DNA of 64,000 nt from Wenzhouxiangella sp. (lineage in GTDB: Bacteria > Pseudomonadota > Gammaproteobacteria > Xanthomonadales > Wenzhouxiangellaceae), in NCBI GenBank assembly GCA_036351755.1, contig JAZBPT010000044.1:2685-66684 (forward strand). The letters are read 5' to 3'. The notes beneath the pieces were generated by a model. The model did not search any database. It saw only the letters and a program-made list of their open reading frames with translations, and had not been told where the DNA came from. Shown here piece after piece: positions 37,254-47,356 of this stretch (position 1 is its first letter; every line of letters starts with the position of its first letter). The position numbers and the translations under genes are program-made.

Positions 37254-40220
37254 TTGTTGGCAGGTGGACGGGCAAGGACATACCGACCGGGTGTCGCCTA
37301 CCTTGGCTGGCGGCGGTGGTTGGGCATCCCGTTGCTCGCCATGCTGGCCGGGCCGGCACTCGGGCTCGATCCCGACCGGCTCACCTCCCAGTACGTTCAT
37401 GACCACTACGGGCGCGACGAGGGCCTGCCGCCCGGGGCGGTCTGGACGGTCCTGCAGTCGCGCGACGGCTATCTCTGGCTGGGAACCCAGAACGGGCTGG
37501 TACGCTTCGACGGCATCGACGCGGAGGTTTTCAGCACGGCCGGCACGCCCGGGCTGGCCAACCACGACGTTCGTTCCCTGATCGAGGCCGACAACGGCGA
37601 CCTCTGGATCGGGACCTACGGCGGCGGCGCCGCCCGCTATCGCGACGGTCGCTTCGAGCCGTTCGGTCCCGAGGAGGGCCTGGCCCATCCGATCGTCTAC
37701 GACATCCACCAGGACGACGAGGGTGCGCTGTGGTTCGGTACGGCCGGCGGCGTGACCCGGCTGGGGCCCGACGGCGAGGTCTCGACGCTGACCAGCGCCG
37801 ACGGCCTGGCGCACGAGCGGATCTTCGAGGTCTACCAGGACAGCAGCGGTGCGATGTGGTTCGCCAGCCTGGTTGCCGGTGTCACGCGCATGCGCGACGG
37901 TCGCATGACCACCTACGGCAAGGCGACCGGGATGGTTTCCGACCAGGTCCATGCCGTCTACGAGGACAGCGCCGGCACGACCTGGATCGGTACCTACGAG
38001 GGCGGCTTCTACCGCATGGAAGCGTCCGGCCCGGTGCGCTATCCACTGCCCGAAGGTGTGGCCGGCAACGGCATCCAGAGCATCCTCGAGGATTCCGATG
38101 GTAATCTCTGGCTGGGCACCTACAACAACGGCCTGATTCGCATTCACGACGGCGAGGTCGCGCACTTCGGCAGCGGCGCGCTGGCCGAGGCCTTCGTGTT
38201 CGACATGACCGAGGATCGCGAGGGCAGTCTCTGGGTGGCGAGTCGTGAAGGGCTGCACCGCCTGGGCAACGGCAAGTTCCTGACTTTCGGCGAACCGGAG
38301 GGGCTGGCCGACGCCACGTTCGTGGTGGCCGCCGACCCGGCCGACGGCTCGGTCTGGGCCGGCACGGAGGGAACGGGCCTGTTCCGGCTGCGGGGTCGGG
38401 CAGTCGAGCGTTTCGGCGTGAGCGACGGCCTGGCCAGTGACAACATCTCCGCGCTCGCCCCCGACGGCGATGGCGGCGTCTGGGTGGGCAGCTTCGGCGG
38501 CGGACTCAATCACCTCTCGGATGGGGGTATTCGCACCTGGACGCGCGAGGACGGCCTGCCCAGCAACCACATCTTCGCGCTCCTGCTGGAGGACGACGGC
38601 GCCCTGTGGGTGGCCGCCGACGGCGGTATCAGTCGCCTGGCCGACGGCCGGTTCCGGACCTGGACGCGCGAGGACGGCCTGCCCGACGCCCTGGTGCGCC
38701 AGATGCACATGGACGAGCAGGGCCGGCTTTGGCTGGGCACCAACGGTGGCGGGCTCAGCCGCTTCGACGGCCAACGTTTCGAGAACTTCGCCGGCAACGC
38801 GGGCGTGCCGGGCAACATCATCTACGCCTTCCACGAGGATGCCGGGGGCAATCTCTGGATCGGCTCGCGCGACAGCGGCCTGAGCCTGCATCGCGACGGC
38901 CGCTTCCATCACTTCTCGGTCGCCGAGGGGCTGCCCCAGGCCTCGGTCTACGGCATCGCCGGCGACGAGCAAAGCTACCTCTGGCTCAGCGGGGGCGGCG
39001 GTCTGGCCCGCGTCGCGCGCGAAGACCTGCTCGCGATCGCCGACGGCGAGGACATCGAGCTCGACGCCCGCCTGTTCAACGAATCGGACGGCCTGCGCAA
39101 CGGCCAGTTCGCCGGCGGGTTCCAGCCACCGGTCGCGACGAGCCCATCGGGGCATATCTGGTTCCCCGGACTGGCGGGGCTGGTTCGGGTCGCCCCGGAC
39201 CGGCTGGGCATCAACCGCATCGAGCCCCCGGTCGCCCTCGAGAGCGTTTCCGTCGACGGCCGCAGCATGCCCGCGGACGAGCTCGTCCGCTTGCCGCCGG
39301 GAAGCGACAACCTGGAGCTGCACTACACCGCGCTGAGCCTCGTCGCGCCGCGCCAGGTCCGCTTTCGGTATCGGCTGGAGGGCTATGACCAGCGCTGGCA
39401 GGACGTCGGCGGTCGCCGGACCGCCTACTACACCCGCCTGCCGCCCGGGGAGTACCGCTTCGAGGTGCGTGCCAGCAACAACGACGGCGTCTGGTCGGCG
39501 CGGACGGCCGGCCTGACGGTCGTCCAGGAGCCCTTTGCGTGGCAGACGACGTGGTTCCGGGTGCTGGGGATCTTCGCCGTCCTGCTGCTGGCGATGCTGG
39601 TCTACCGGCTCAGCATCCGGCAGTTTCGCGTTCGCGAGCAGCGGCTTTCCGGCCTGGTCCGCGAGCGGACCGAGCAGCTCGAGCAGGCGCTGGAGGCGGT
39701 CGAGCGCAGCTCGCGCATCGACGGGCTGACCGGGGTGGCCAATCGGGGCTACTTCGAAGAGCGCCTGGCCCGGGAGTGGGCGCTCGCCCGGCGCGAGAAG
39801 GAACCGCTGGGCCTCATCCTGGCCGATCTCGATCACTTCAAGCTGCTCAACGACAGCCGCGGCCACCAGGTCGGAGACGACTGCCTACGCGGCGTCGCCG
39901 AGGCGTTGATGGCGGTCGTTCACCGGCCCGGCGACCTGGTGGCGCGTTACGGTGGCGAGGAGTTCGTCGTGTTGCTACCGAAGACCGACATCGAATCCCT
40001 GCGCGTACTGGCCGAGCGGATGCGGCTCGGCGTCGAGGCCCTCGGTCTGCCGCATCCCGAAGGCGGTATCGACGGGCGCGTCACCATCAGCGTCGGCGCT
40101 GCCGCCGTCACGCCCGACGGACAGGTGGAGCCGCGGATTCTGGTCGAACGCGCGGACCGCGCCCTCTACACGGCCAAGAACGCCGGCCGAAACCGGGTGA
40201 GCGTGGACGCCGGCGGCTGA
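37254..40220 (+). CDS. Diguanylate cyclase with periplasmic two-component-regulator beta-propellers and a Y_Y_Y domain
   Basis: Many D..G.lW.GT..G blades, FRYRLEGYD..W...YTRLPPGEYRFEV, a TM helix, DLDHFK..ND, RPGD I-site and GGEEF. The start is uncertain. Confidence 0.92.
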   Translation: MLAGGRARTYRPGVAYLGWRRWLGIPLLAMLAGPALGLDPDRLTSQYVHDHYGRDEGLPPGAVWTVLQSRDGYLWLGTQNGLVRFDGIDAEVFSTAGTPGLANHDVRSLIEADNGDLWIGTYGGGAARYRDGRFEPFGPEEGLAHPIVYDIHQDDEGALWFGTAGGVTRLGPDGEVSTLTSADGLAHERIFEVYQDSSGAMWFASLVAGVTRMRDGRMTTYGKATGMVSDQVHAVYEDSAGTTWIGTYEGGFYRMEASGPVRYPLPEGVAGNGIQSILEDSDGNLWLGTYNNGLIRIHDGEVAHFGSGALAEAFVFDMTEDREGSLWVASREGLHRLGNGKFLTFGEPEGLADATFVVAADPADGSVWAGTEGTGLFRLRGRAVERFGVSDGLASDNISALAPDGDGGVWVGSFGGGLNHLSDGGIRTWTREDGLPSNHIFALLLEDDGALWVAADGGISRLADGRFRTWTREDGLPDALVRQMHMDEQGRLWLGTNGGGLSRFDGQRFENFAGNAGVPGNIIYAFHEDAGGNLWIGSRDSGLSLHRDGRFHHFSVAEGLPQASVYGIAGDEQSYLWLSGGGGLARVAREDLLAIADGEDIELDARLFNESDGLRNGQFAGGFQPPVATSPSGHIWFPGLAGLVRVAPDRLGINRIEPPVALESVSVDGRSMPADELVRLPPGSDNLELHYTALSLVAPRQVRFRYRLEGYDQRWQDVGGRRTAYYTRLPPGEYRFEVRASNNDGVWSARTAGLTVVQEPFAWQTTWFRVLGIFAVLLLAMLVYRLSIRQFRVREQRLSGLVRERTEQLEQALEAVERSSRIDGLTGVANRGYFEERLAREWALARREKEPLGLILADLDHFKLLNDSRGHQVGDDCLRGVAEALMAVVHRPGDLVARYGGEEFVVLLPKTDIESLRVLAERMRLGVEALGLPHPEGGIDGRVTISVGAAAVTPDGQVEPRILVERADRALYTAKNAGRNRVSVDAGG

Positions 40221-40285
40221 TTTCTTCACCCGGTATTCACGGCGTTCTCCAGATCTTGCATTTGAAAATGCACTTTTACCGCCAA

Positions 40286-40347
40286 ACTTAGTTTCTAGCC
40301 AAATCTTTAGCCACAAAGTAATTTTTTGCCATATAATTAGCCGCAAA
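40286..40347 (+). promoter_or_regulatory. AT-rich promoter/operator region of the ectoine cluster
   Basis: Perfect TATAAT at 40332-40337. Three TTAG-N3-C(T/A)A(G/A) pseudo-palindromes start at 40288, 40307 and 40337. Confidence 0.5.
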
Positions 40348-40907
40348 TGAGATCGAACGAACCCGAAAACACCGCTGCCAACGGCTCCCATCCGTCCCTG
40401 AAGACGGCGACGGATGGACCGCTGGTCAATGAACCCGACGACCCCCGCGTGATGGGCGTTGTGCGGAACTTCCGCGTGGCCGTGCGGGCCGTCCAGGCAC
40501 ATTCCGCCTGGGTGGAACGCCAGTGCGGCCTCAGCGCGGCCCAGCTGTGGGCCCTTTGGGAAGTGGAGCGCAAACCCGGCATGAGCGTCTCGGAGATTGC
40601 GCGGCGCCTGTCGATCAAGCCGGCGACCGCCAGCAACCTGCTCGACAAGGTCGAGGGCAAGAGCCTGTTGCGCCGGTCGCGCCAGGGTCCCGACCAGCGC
40701 GTGGTGCAGTTGTTCGTGACCGACGAAGGCGCCAAGTTGCTGGCCACGGCCCCGTTGCCGGCCCAGGGCGCACTGCTCGATGCGCTCACCCGCCTGCGGG
40801 AAGAAGAACTCGACGAGCTCAGTCAGGGGCTGGAAGCCCTGGTCGACATCCTGCACACCAAGGACGAAGGGTCGGCCCTGTCGCCCATGCATCCTGGCAA
40901 GAGCTGA
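40347..40907 (+). CDS. MarR family regulator, EctR-like
   Basis: Winged HTH pattern [10 protein letters not shown]...SVSEIA...[11 protein letters not shown]...DQRVV...T.EG. Directly upstream of the ectoine genes. Confidence 0.85.
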   Translation: MRSNEPENTAANGSHPSLKTATDGPLVNEPDDPRVMGVVRNFRVAVRAVQAHSAWVERQCGLSAAQLWALWEVERKPGMSVSEIARRLSIKPATASNLLDKVEGKSLLRRSRQGPDQRVVQLFVTDEGAKLLATAPLPAQGALLDALTRLREEELDELSQGLEALVDILHTKDEGSALSPMHPGKS

Positions 40908-40951
40908 AACAGAACAGACACTTACACTCAAATATAAAGACGACTGCAAAG

Positions 40952-42151
40952 ATGGATATCATCGTTCAAAAATATGGCGGATCCTCGCTCGCGGAAGACG
41001 GACAACTGCGGGCCGTGGCCCAACGCGTGGCTCGTTGCCGTGAAGAAGGCAAGGCCGTCGTGGTCGTGGTTTCGGCGCGCGGCAAGACCACCAGCCAGCT
41101 GCTGGCGCGTGCCGGCAAGCTGAACTCCAACCCGGAGCATCGCGAGCTCGACATGCTGCTGGCCGCCGGTGAGCAGGCCTCGGCGTCGATGCTGAGCCTG
41201 GCGCTGCACGACCTGGGTCACGAAGCCGTTTCGCTGACCGGCCCCCAGGCCGGGGTCAAGACCTGCGACGCGCACATGAACGCGCGCATCAAGACGGTCG
41301 ATCCCGAGCGCATGCTCGAGACCCTCGAAGAGGGCAAGATCGTGGTCGTGGCCGGCTTCCAGGGCGAGAGTCCGGAAGGCGATATCACCACGCTGGGTCG
41401 CGGCGGCTCCGATACCACCGCCGTCGCGCTGGCCGCTGCAGTCGGCGCCGGGCGCTGCGAAATCTATTCCGACGTCGACGGCGTCTACACGGCCGACCCG
41501 CGCAAGGTGCCGGACGCCACGCGCCTGAGCATGATCAGCCTGGCCGAGATGAAGACCCTGGCGCATCACGGCGCCGGCGTGCTCAACGAGCGGGCGATCG
41601 ACTACGCCATCGAGCACGACGTCACCATCGTCTGCCGCAAGGCGCATGGCGAGGGCGGTGAAACGATCGTCCGCGCCGAGCCGGGTCTGGGTCGTTCGCG
41701 CATCGTCGGCGTGGCCTGCCACGACGAGTTGCTGCAGGTCGAGTTCGACGAGTCGGCCGACCACGAGAACCTGCACGAACGCCTCGACGACCTCGACATC
41801 TTCGTGCCGGAACTGGCCGAAGGCGAGTCGGGCCGCTACCTGATTTCGATCGGCCAGCTGGCCGACGACGAAGGCCTGGCCAACTCGATCCGCGAGGAGT
41901 TCGACAAGGGCGTGGTCGTGGGCGGCCCCGTCGCGAGCGTTTCCGCCGTCGGCTACAAGGCCGGCAGCGAGGAAGGCGCCGAGGACATCGCACGCAGTGA
42001 ACTCGAATCGGAAGGTATCGCGGTCCACGAGGTCATGCGCTTCGAACACGCCGTGACCTGCCTGATCGACTGCAATGCCGTCGAGCGCGCCATGCAGATC
42101 TTCCACGATCGGTTCGAGATCACCGACACTGAGGTGGCCGATGTCGCCTGA
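40952..42151 (+). CDS. ask: Aspartate kinase associated with the ectoine cluster
   Basis: Motifs [30 protein letters not shown] and [12 protein letters not shown]. Confidence 0.92.
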   Translation: MDIIVQKYGGSSLAEDGQLRAVAQRVARCREEGKAVVVVVSARGKTTSQLLARAGKLNSNPEHRELDMLLAAGEQASASMLSLALHDLGHEAVSLTGPQAGVKTCDAHMNARIKTVDPERMLETLEEGKIVVVAGFQGESPEGDITTLGRGGSDTTAVALAAAVGAGRCEIYSDVDGVYTADPRKVPDATRLSMISLAEMKTLAHHGAGVLNERAIDYAIEHDVTIVCRKAHGEGGETIVRAEPGLGRSRIVGVACHDELLQVEFDESADHENLHERLDDLDIFVPELAEGESGRYLISIGQLADDEGLANSIREEFDKGVVVGGPVASVSAVGYKAGSEEGAEDIARSELESEGIAVHEVMRFEHAVTCLIDCNAVERAMQIFHDRFEITDTEVADVA

Positions 42152-42647
42152 AGGCGCACAAGTCGTCGCCGAGCCGGTGTTTCGCAAGGCGCGCCCCGAA
42201 GACGGGGCCCGCATGTACGAGCTGGTCAAGGAGATGGGCGGCCTGGAGCTGAACACCGCCTACTTCTACGTCCTGTTCTGCATCGATTTCGCCGACACCT
42301 GCGTGGTGGCCGAGGTCGACGGCAAGCTCGCCGGTTTCGTGCTGGGTCACCGGCCGCCCGAACGTCCCGACGCGGTGTTCGTCTGGCAGGTGGGCGTGGC
42401 GCCTTTCATGCGCAAGCAGGGCATGGCCCGGCGCCTGCTCGAGGCATTCCTGGAGCAGAACCCGGGCGCCCGCTGGCTCGAAGCGTCGGTGACGCCGAGC
42501 AACACCGCGTCACGGAAGCTGTTCCGCTCGGTGGCACGAGACCACGGCGTGAACTGCGAGGTCGGCGATTTCATGCTGGCCGAGCACTTCCCGGACGGAC
42601 ACGAGCCGGAGGAACTGTTCCGAATCGGCCCGTTCGAAAAAAGCTGA
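42141..42647 (+). CDS. ectA: L-2,4-diaminobutyrate acetyltransferase
   Basis: Motifs [32 protein letters not shown] and HEPE.L.RIGP. Confidence 0.93.
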   Translation: MSPEGAQVVAEPVFRKARPEDGARMYELVKEMGGLELNTAYFYVLFCIDFADTCVVAEVDGKLAGFVLGHRPPERPDAVFVWQVGVAPFMRKQGMARRLLEAFLEQNPGARWLEASVTPSNTASRKLFRSVARDHGVNCEVGDFMLAEHFPDGHEPEELFRIGPFEKS

Positions 42648-42683
42648 ACCGAATTCAATCCGAAGTTAGTGAGTGAAAAAGAC

Positions 42684-43970
42684 ATGAGTCATCATCTTGA
42701 AACCATCAATCGACTCGAATCGGAAGTGCGCTCTTACGTGCGCAACTTCCCGGCCGTGTTCACGCATTCGCGTGGTGCGCGCCTGATCGCCGAAGACGGC
42801 ACCGAGTACATCGACTTCTTCGCCGGCGCGGGCGTGCTCAATTACGGCCACAACAACCCCGACATCAAGGCTGCGCTGATGGACTACCTCGCCGAGGATC
42901 GCATCGTGCACAGCCTCGACATGGCCAGTGCCGCGCGCGCCGAATTCCTCGAGCGCTTCGAGGAAGTCATCCTCAAGCCGCGCGGCATGGAATACAAGGT
43001 CCAGTTCCCGGGGCCGACGGGCACCAACGCCGTCGAGGCCGCGCTGAAGCTGGCGCGAAAGGTCACCGGCCGTCACAACGTCATTTCGTTCACCAACGGC
43101 TTCCACGGCATGACCCTGGGTTCGCTGTCGGTGACGGGCAACGCCATGAAGCGTGCCGGCGCCGGTGTGCCGCTTTCCAATGCCTCGCAGATGCCTTTCG
43201 ACGGCTACCTGGAGCAGGGCAGCGACACCAGCCTGGAACTGCTCGAGCACATCCTCGACGACGAGGGTTCGGGCGTGGACAAGCCGGCTGCCGTCATTCT
43301 CGAGACCGTTCAGGCCGAGGGCGGCGTCAACGTGGCGCGCATGGAATGGCTCAAGAAGCTCGCCGAAATCTGCGAGGCGCACGGTGTGCTGATGATCGCC
43401 GACGACATCCAGGTCGGCTGCGGCCGCACCGGTCCGTTCTTCAGCTTCGAGCCGGCCGGCATCAAGCCCGATATCATCTGCCTGTCAAAGTCGCTCAGCG
43501 GCTTCGGTCTGCCCTTCGCCATCACGCTGCTCAAGCCCGAGCACGACCAGTGGTCGCCGGGCGAGCACAACGGCACGTTCCGCGGCCACAACCTGGCCTT
43601 CGTGACGGCCACCAAGGCGCTGGATTACTGGACCAACGACGAGCTGACCAGGGACGTCGAGCGCAAGACCGCCATCATCGAGTCGCGCCTGGGCGCCCTG
43701 GCCGAGCGCATCCCGGTGGATGCCAAGCTAAGGGGCCGCGGCTTCATCCAGGGCATCGCCTTCGAGGACGCCGAGCTCGCCGGCAAGGCTTCGGCCGAGT
43801 GCTTCAAACTCGGCCTGGTGATCGAAACCGCCGGCATCGACGACCAGGTGCTCAAGCTGTTGCCGCCGCTGACCATCTCCGATGAAGACCTGGAAAAGGG
43901 TCTGAGCATCATCGAAGAAGCGGTGACCAAGGTGGCCAACGACGCCTCCCCGGACCGCAAGGTCGCCTGA
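42684..43970 (+). CDS. ectB: Diaminobutyrate--2-oxoglutarate transaminase
   Basis: Motifs [47 protein letters not shown] and GEHNGTFRG. Confidence 0.97.
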   Translation: MSHHLETINRLESEVRSYVRNFPAVFTHSRGARLIAEDGTEYIDFFAGAGVLNYGHNNPDIKAALMDYLAEDRIVHSLDMASAARAEFLERFEEVILKPRGMEYKVQFPGPTGTNAVEAALKLARKVTGRHNVISFTNGFHGMTLGSLSVTGNAMKRAGAGVPLSNASQMPFDGYLEQGSDTSLELLEHILDDEGSGVDKPAAVILETVQAEGGVNVARMEWLKKLAEICEAHGVLMIADDIQVGCGRTGPFFSFEPAGIKPDIICLSKSLSGFGLPFAITLLKPEHDQWSPGEHNGTFRGHNLAFVTATKALDYWTNDELTRDVERKTAIIESRLGALAERIPVDAKLRGRGFIQGIAFEDAELAGKASAECFKLGLVIETAGIDDQVLKLLPPLTISDEDLEKGLSIIEEAVTKVANDASPDRKVA

Positions 43971-44029
43971 CCGAGCCCGGGCCGGGGCGGCGCCAGCCGC
44001 TCTGGCCCATAAGGCGATTCGCCAGTTCC

Positions 44030-44065
44030 AGTCGCGTCCGGGCCACCCGGCGCGACTTCTTTTTT
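44030..44065 (+). terminator. Intrinsic terminator-like hairpin between ectB and ectC
   Basis: Stem AGTCGCG(T)CCGGG-CCA-CCCGGCGCGACT followed by TCTTTTTT. Confidence 0.7.
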
Positions 44066-44106
44066 GAATCAGGTTCCCCAGTAACCCAAACCCAGGAGAA
44101 TCCAGA

Positions 44107-44499
44107 ATGATCGTCAAGAAACTGCAGGACATCATCGGCACCAAGGACGACGTCGATACCGAAGGCTGGAACAGCCGCCGCTTGCTGCTCAAGGACGCCG
44201 GCATGGGCTATTCGGTGCACGACACCGTCATCAAGGAAGGCGCCGAGCTGCACATGCACTACAAAAACCATCTCGAAGCCGTCTACCTCATCGAGGGCAA
44301 GGGCGAAATCGAGACGGTCGAAGACGGCAAGGTCTACGACCTCGAAGCTTTCACTATTTATGCCCTGGACCAGCACGACAAGCACATCCTGCGCGCCAAC
44401 AAGGGCTCGCACATGCGCATGGTCTGCGTGTTCAACCCGCCGGTTTCCGGCCGCGAAGTCCACGGCGAAGACGGCGCCTACCCGGCCGACCTCGACTGA
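44107..44499 (+). CDS. ectC: Ectoine synthase
   Basis: Motifs [37 protein letters not shown] and CVFNPP. SD AGGAG. Confidence 0.97.
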   Translation: MIVKKLQDIIGTKDDVDTEGWNSRRLLLKDAGMGYSVHDTVIKEGAELHMHYKNHLEAVYLIEGKGEIETVEDGKVYDLEAFTIYALDQHDKHILRANKGSHMRMVCVFNPPVSGREVHGEDGAYPADLD

Positions 44500-44524
44500 G
44501 GAGCCTTCGTTCGAGATCGGCTTT

Positions 44525-44611
44525 TCACGCCAAGGCGCCAAGGCGCCAAGGACGCCAAGAAATCAATCTCTCTTTCCTTGGCGAACTTCGCGCCTTGGCG
44601 TCTTGGCGTGA
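44525..44611. repeat. Long imperfect inverted repeat built from CGCCAAG(G) units
   Basis: Left arm TCACGCCAAGGCGCCAAGGCGCCAAGGACGCCAAG and right arm CTTGGCG...CTTGGCGTCTTGGCGTGA, lying between convergent ectC and alkB. Confidence 0.8.
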
Positions 44612-44633
44612 GGCCAGGTGCACTCCCTCCGAA

Positions 44634-45290
44634 TCAGCCCGCCTTGCGGAAGGTCAGGTTGATGCGCTGGGCGCCCAGCAGCGGGTGGTCGCCGTCGGGC
44701 AGCGGCAGGATGCCGTGGTATCGCAGGCGGTCCGGGCCGCCCCAGACCAGCACGTCGCCGTGTTCCAGCACCAGGCGCTGTGGCTTGTCCTTGCGGCGGA
44801 AGCCACCCCAGAGAAATGTCGCCGGCAGGCCCAGCGAGAAGGACACCACCGGATGGGCGTAGTCGCGCTCATCCTTGTCCTGGTGCAGTGACAGCTTGGC
44901 GCCGGGATGATAGCGATTGATCAGGCAGGCGTCAGGCCGATAAGCCGGGAAACCGGCCTCGGTCGCCGCCGCGCCGGCCAGCTCCGAGAAAAGGTCGGGC
45001 ATGGGCGGCCATGGGCGATCGCTGGCAGGATCGGTCTCGGTGTATCGATAACCCTTGCGGTCGGTCATCCAGCCGAGATCCCCGCAAGAGGTCATCGATA
45101 CCGACATCCGGTGTCCGCCCGGGGTCACGAGGTGGCGAAACGGCGCTTGCCGGTTGATGTCCCGGATGAACGCGATGATGGCTTCGGCGTGCTCATCCAG
45201 TCGGCCGTGGAACAGGACCGCGCCCTCCGAGAGTCTCTCGGCCGAACCCTTCGATGCAGCGTTGTCAAAAAGTTGACCCGAGAAGGACAT
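44634..45290 (-). CDS. alkB: DNA oxidative demethylase AlkB
   Basis: Motifs TPGGHRMSV.MTSCG.LGW, CLINRY, LHQDKDE, YHG and RINLTFR. Confidence 0.95.
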   Translation of the reverse strand: MSFSGQLFDNAASKGSAERLSEGAVLFHGRLDEHAEAIIAFIRDINRQAPFRHLVTPGGHRMSVSMTSCGDLGWMTDRKGYRYTETDPASDRPWPPMPDLFSELAGAAATEAGFPAYRPDACLINRYHPGAKLSLHQDKDERDYAHPVVSFSLGLPATFLWGGFRRKDKPQRLVLEHGDVLVWGGPDRLRYHGILPLPDGDHPLLGAQRINLTFRKAG

Positions 45291-45300
45291 GCTGTGATCC

Positions 45301-46332
45301 ATGAATGAACACCGGCACAACCGCAAGCCGAAGACGCGCGCCCGGTTTGCCGCCCTGATACTCATTGTAGCGCTGTGCGCCGCCGTGCCGCTTCACGCGA
45401 CTGCGTTCACCACCGAGCAGCGGCAGGCCATCGTCGAACAAGCCGATTCGCTGCCGCGGCTCTACAGCCTGCTGGTGCTTCACCAAGGCGAGCCGGTGGT
45501 CGAGCATGTCCGCTCGGGTCCGGGCCTGTCTTCGCCGGCCAGTCTCAAGTCCCTTTCCAAGACCATCCTGTCCGCCCTGGCGGGCATCGCCATTGAACGC
45601 GGCATCGTGGAAGGGACCGACCAGCCGCTCGTCGAATTGCTGGGCGAGCGGGTGCCCGAGGCGGTCGACCCGCAGGTCGGCGAGATCACCCTGGGCAATG
45701 CGCTGTCGCTGCAGGCCGGCCTGCGCAGCACCTCGGGACGCTACTACGGTGCCTGGGTGCAGAGCGATGACTGGGTCGCCCATGCATTGACCCGGCCGAT
45801 GGTGGACGAGCCCGGCGGCGAGATGATTTACTCGACCGGCTCGACGCACCTGGCCGGTGCCGCCCTGGTGGAAGCCAGCGGAAGCTCCCTGCTGCAACTG
45901 GCCCGGGACTGGCTGGGCGAGCCCCTGGACATCCGCATTCCCGACTGGATGCGCGATCCCCAGGGTATCCATTTCGGCGGCAACCAGATGCGCTTGAGCC
46001 CGCGGGCGCTGGCGCGCTTCGGCGAAACCTATCGGCTCGGCGGCAGCCTCGACGACGAGCGGGTGATTCCCGAATCCTGGATCGAGGCGTCCTGGACGCC
46101 GAGGGGGCGCTCGCCCTGGAGCAACGACCTCTACGGCTACGGCTGGTTCATCGACAGGCTCTCAGGCGTTTCGGCCTACTACGGGCGAGGCTATGGCGGC
46201 CAGGCGCTGTTCGTCGTCCCCGACGCGGCGCTGACCATCGTCGTGATCTCCGATCCCTCGCCGCCTTCGTACGGCGGCTACTTCGATCGCATCAAGCGCT
46301 TGGCGGCGAAAATCGTCGAGACGGCCGGGTGA
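45301..46332 (+). CDS. Exported serine hydrolase (beta-lactamase class C / NylB-like)
   Basis: Signal peptide, SxxK motif (SLSK), YST, YGYGW and GRGYGGQ. Confidence 0.85.
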   Translation: MNEHRHNRKPKTRARFAALILIVALCAAVPLHATAFTTEQRQAIVEQADSLPRLYSLLVLHQGEPVVEHVRSGPGLSSPASLKSLSKTILSALAGIAIERGIVEGTDQPLVELLGERVPEAVDPQVGEITLGNALSLQAGLRSTSGRYYGAWVQSDDWVAHALTRPMVDEPGGEMIYSTGSTHLAGAALVEASGSSLLQLARDWLGEPLDIRIPDWMRDPQGIHFGGNQMRLSPRALARFGETYRLGGSLDDERVIPESWIEASWTPRGRSPWSNDLYGYGWFIDRLSGVSAYYGRGYGGQALFVVPDAALTIVVISDPSPPSYGGYFDRIKRLAAKIVETAG

Positions 46333-46347
46333 GGCCGCTGGCGCGGC

Positions 46348-47277
<930 letters not shown>

Positions 47278-47356
47278 TCAGGGGGAGTGAGGCCATCGGG
47301 CCGCAGTGACGGCCTGCCAACAGCGTGCTCTGCCTTCAGTCTTCCGGCCTCAAGCC

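Noticed and set aside
36771-39866. Long antisense or alternative-frame ORFs (e.g. 1031 aa here; also 16117-18549, 28565-30610, 47711-49789, 52876-55353, 56115-58904, 59046-61106)
   Set aside because: They are shadows of well-supported genes in high-GC DNA and contain no recognisable motifs.
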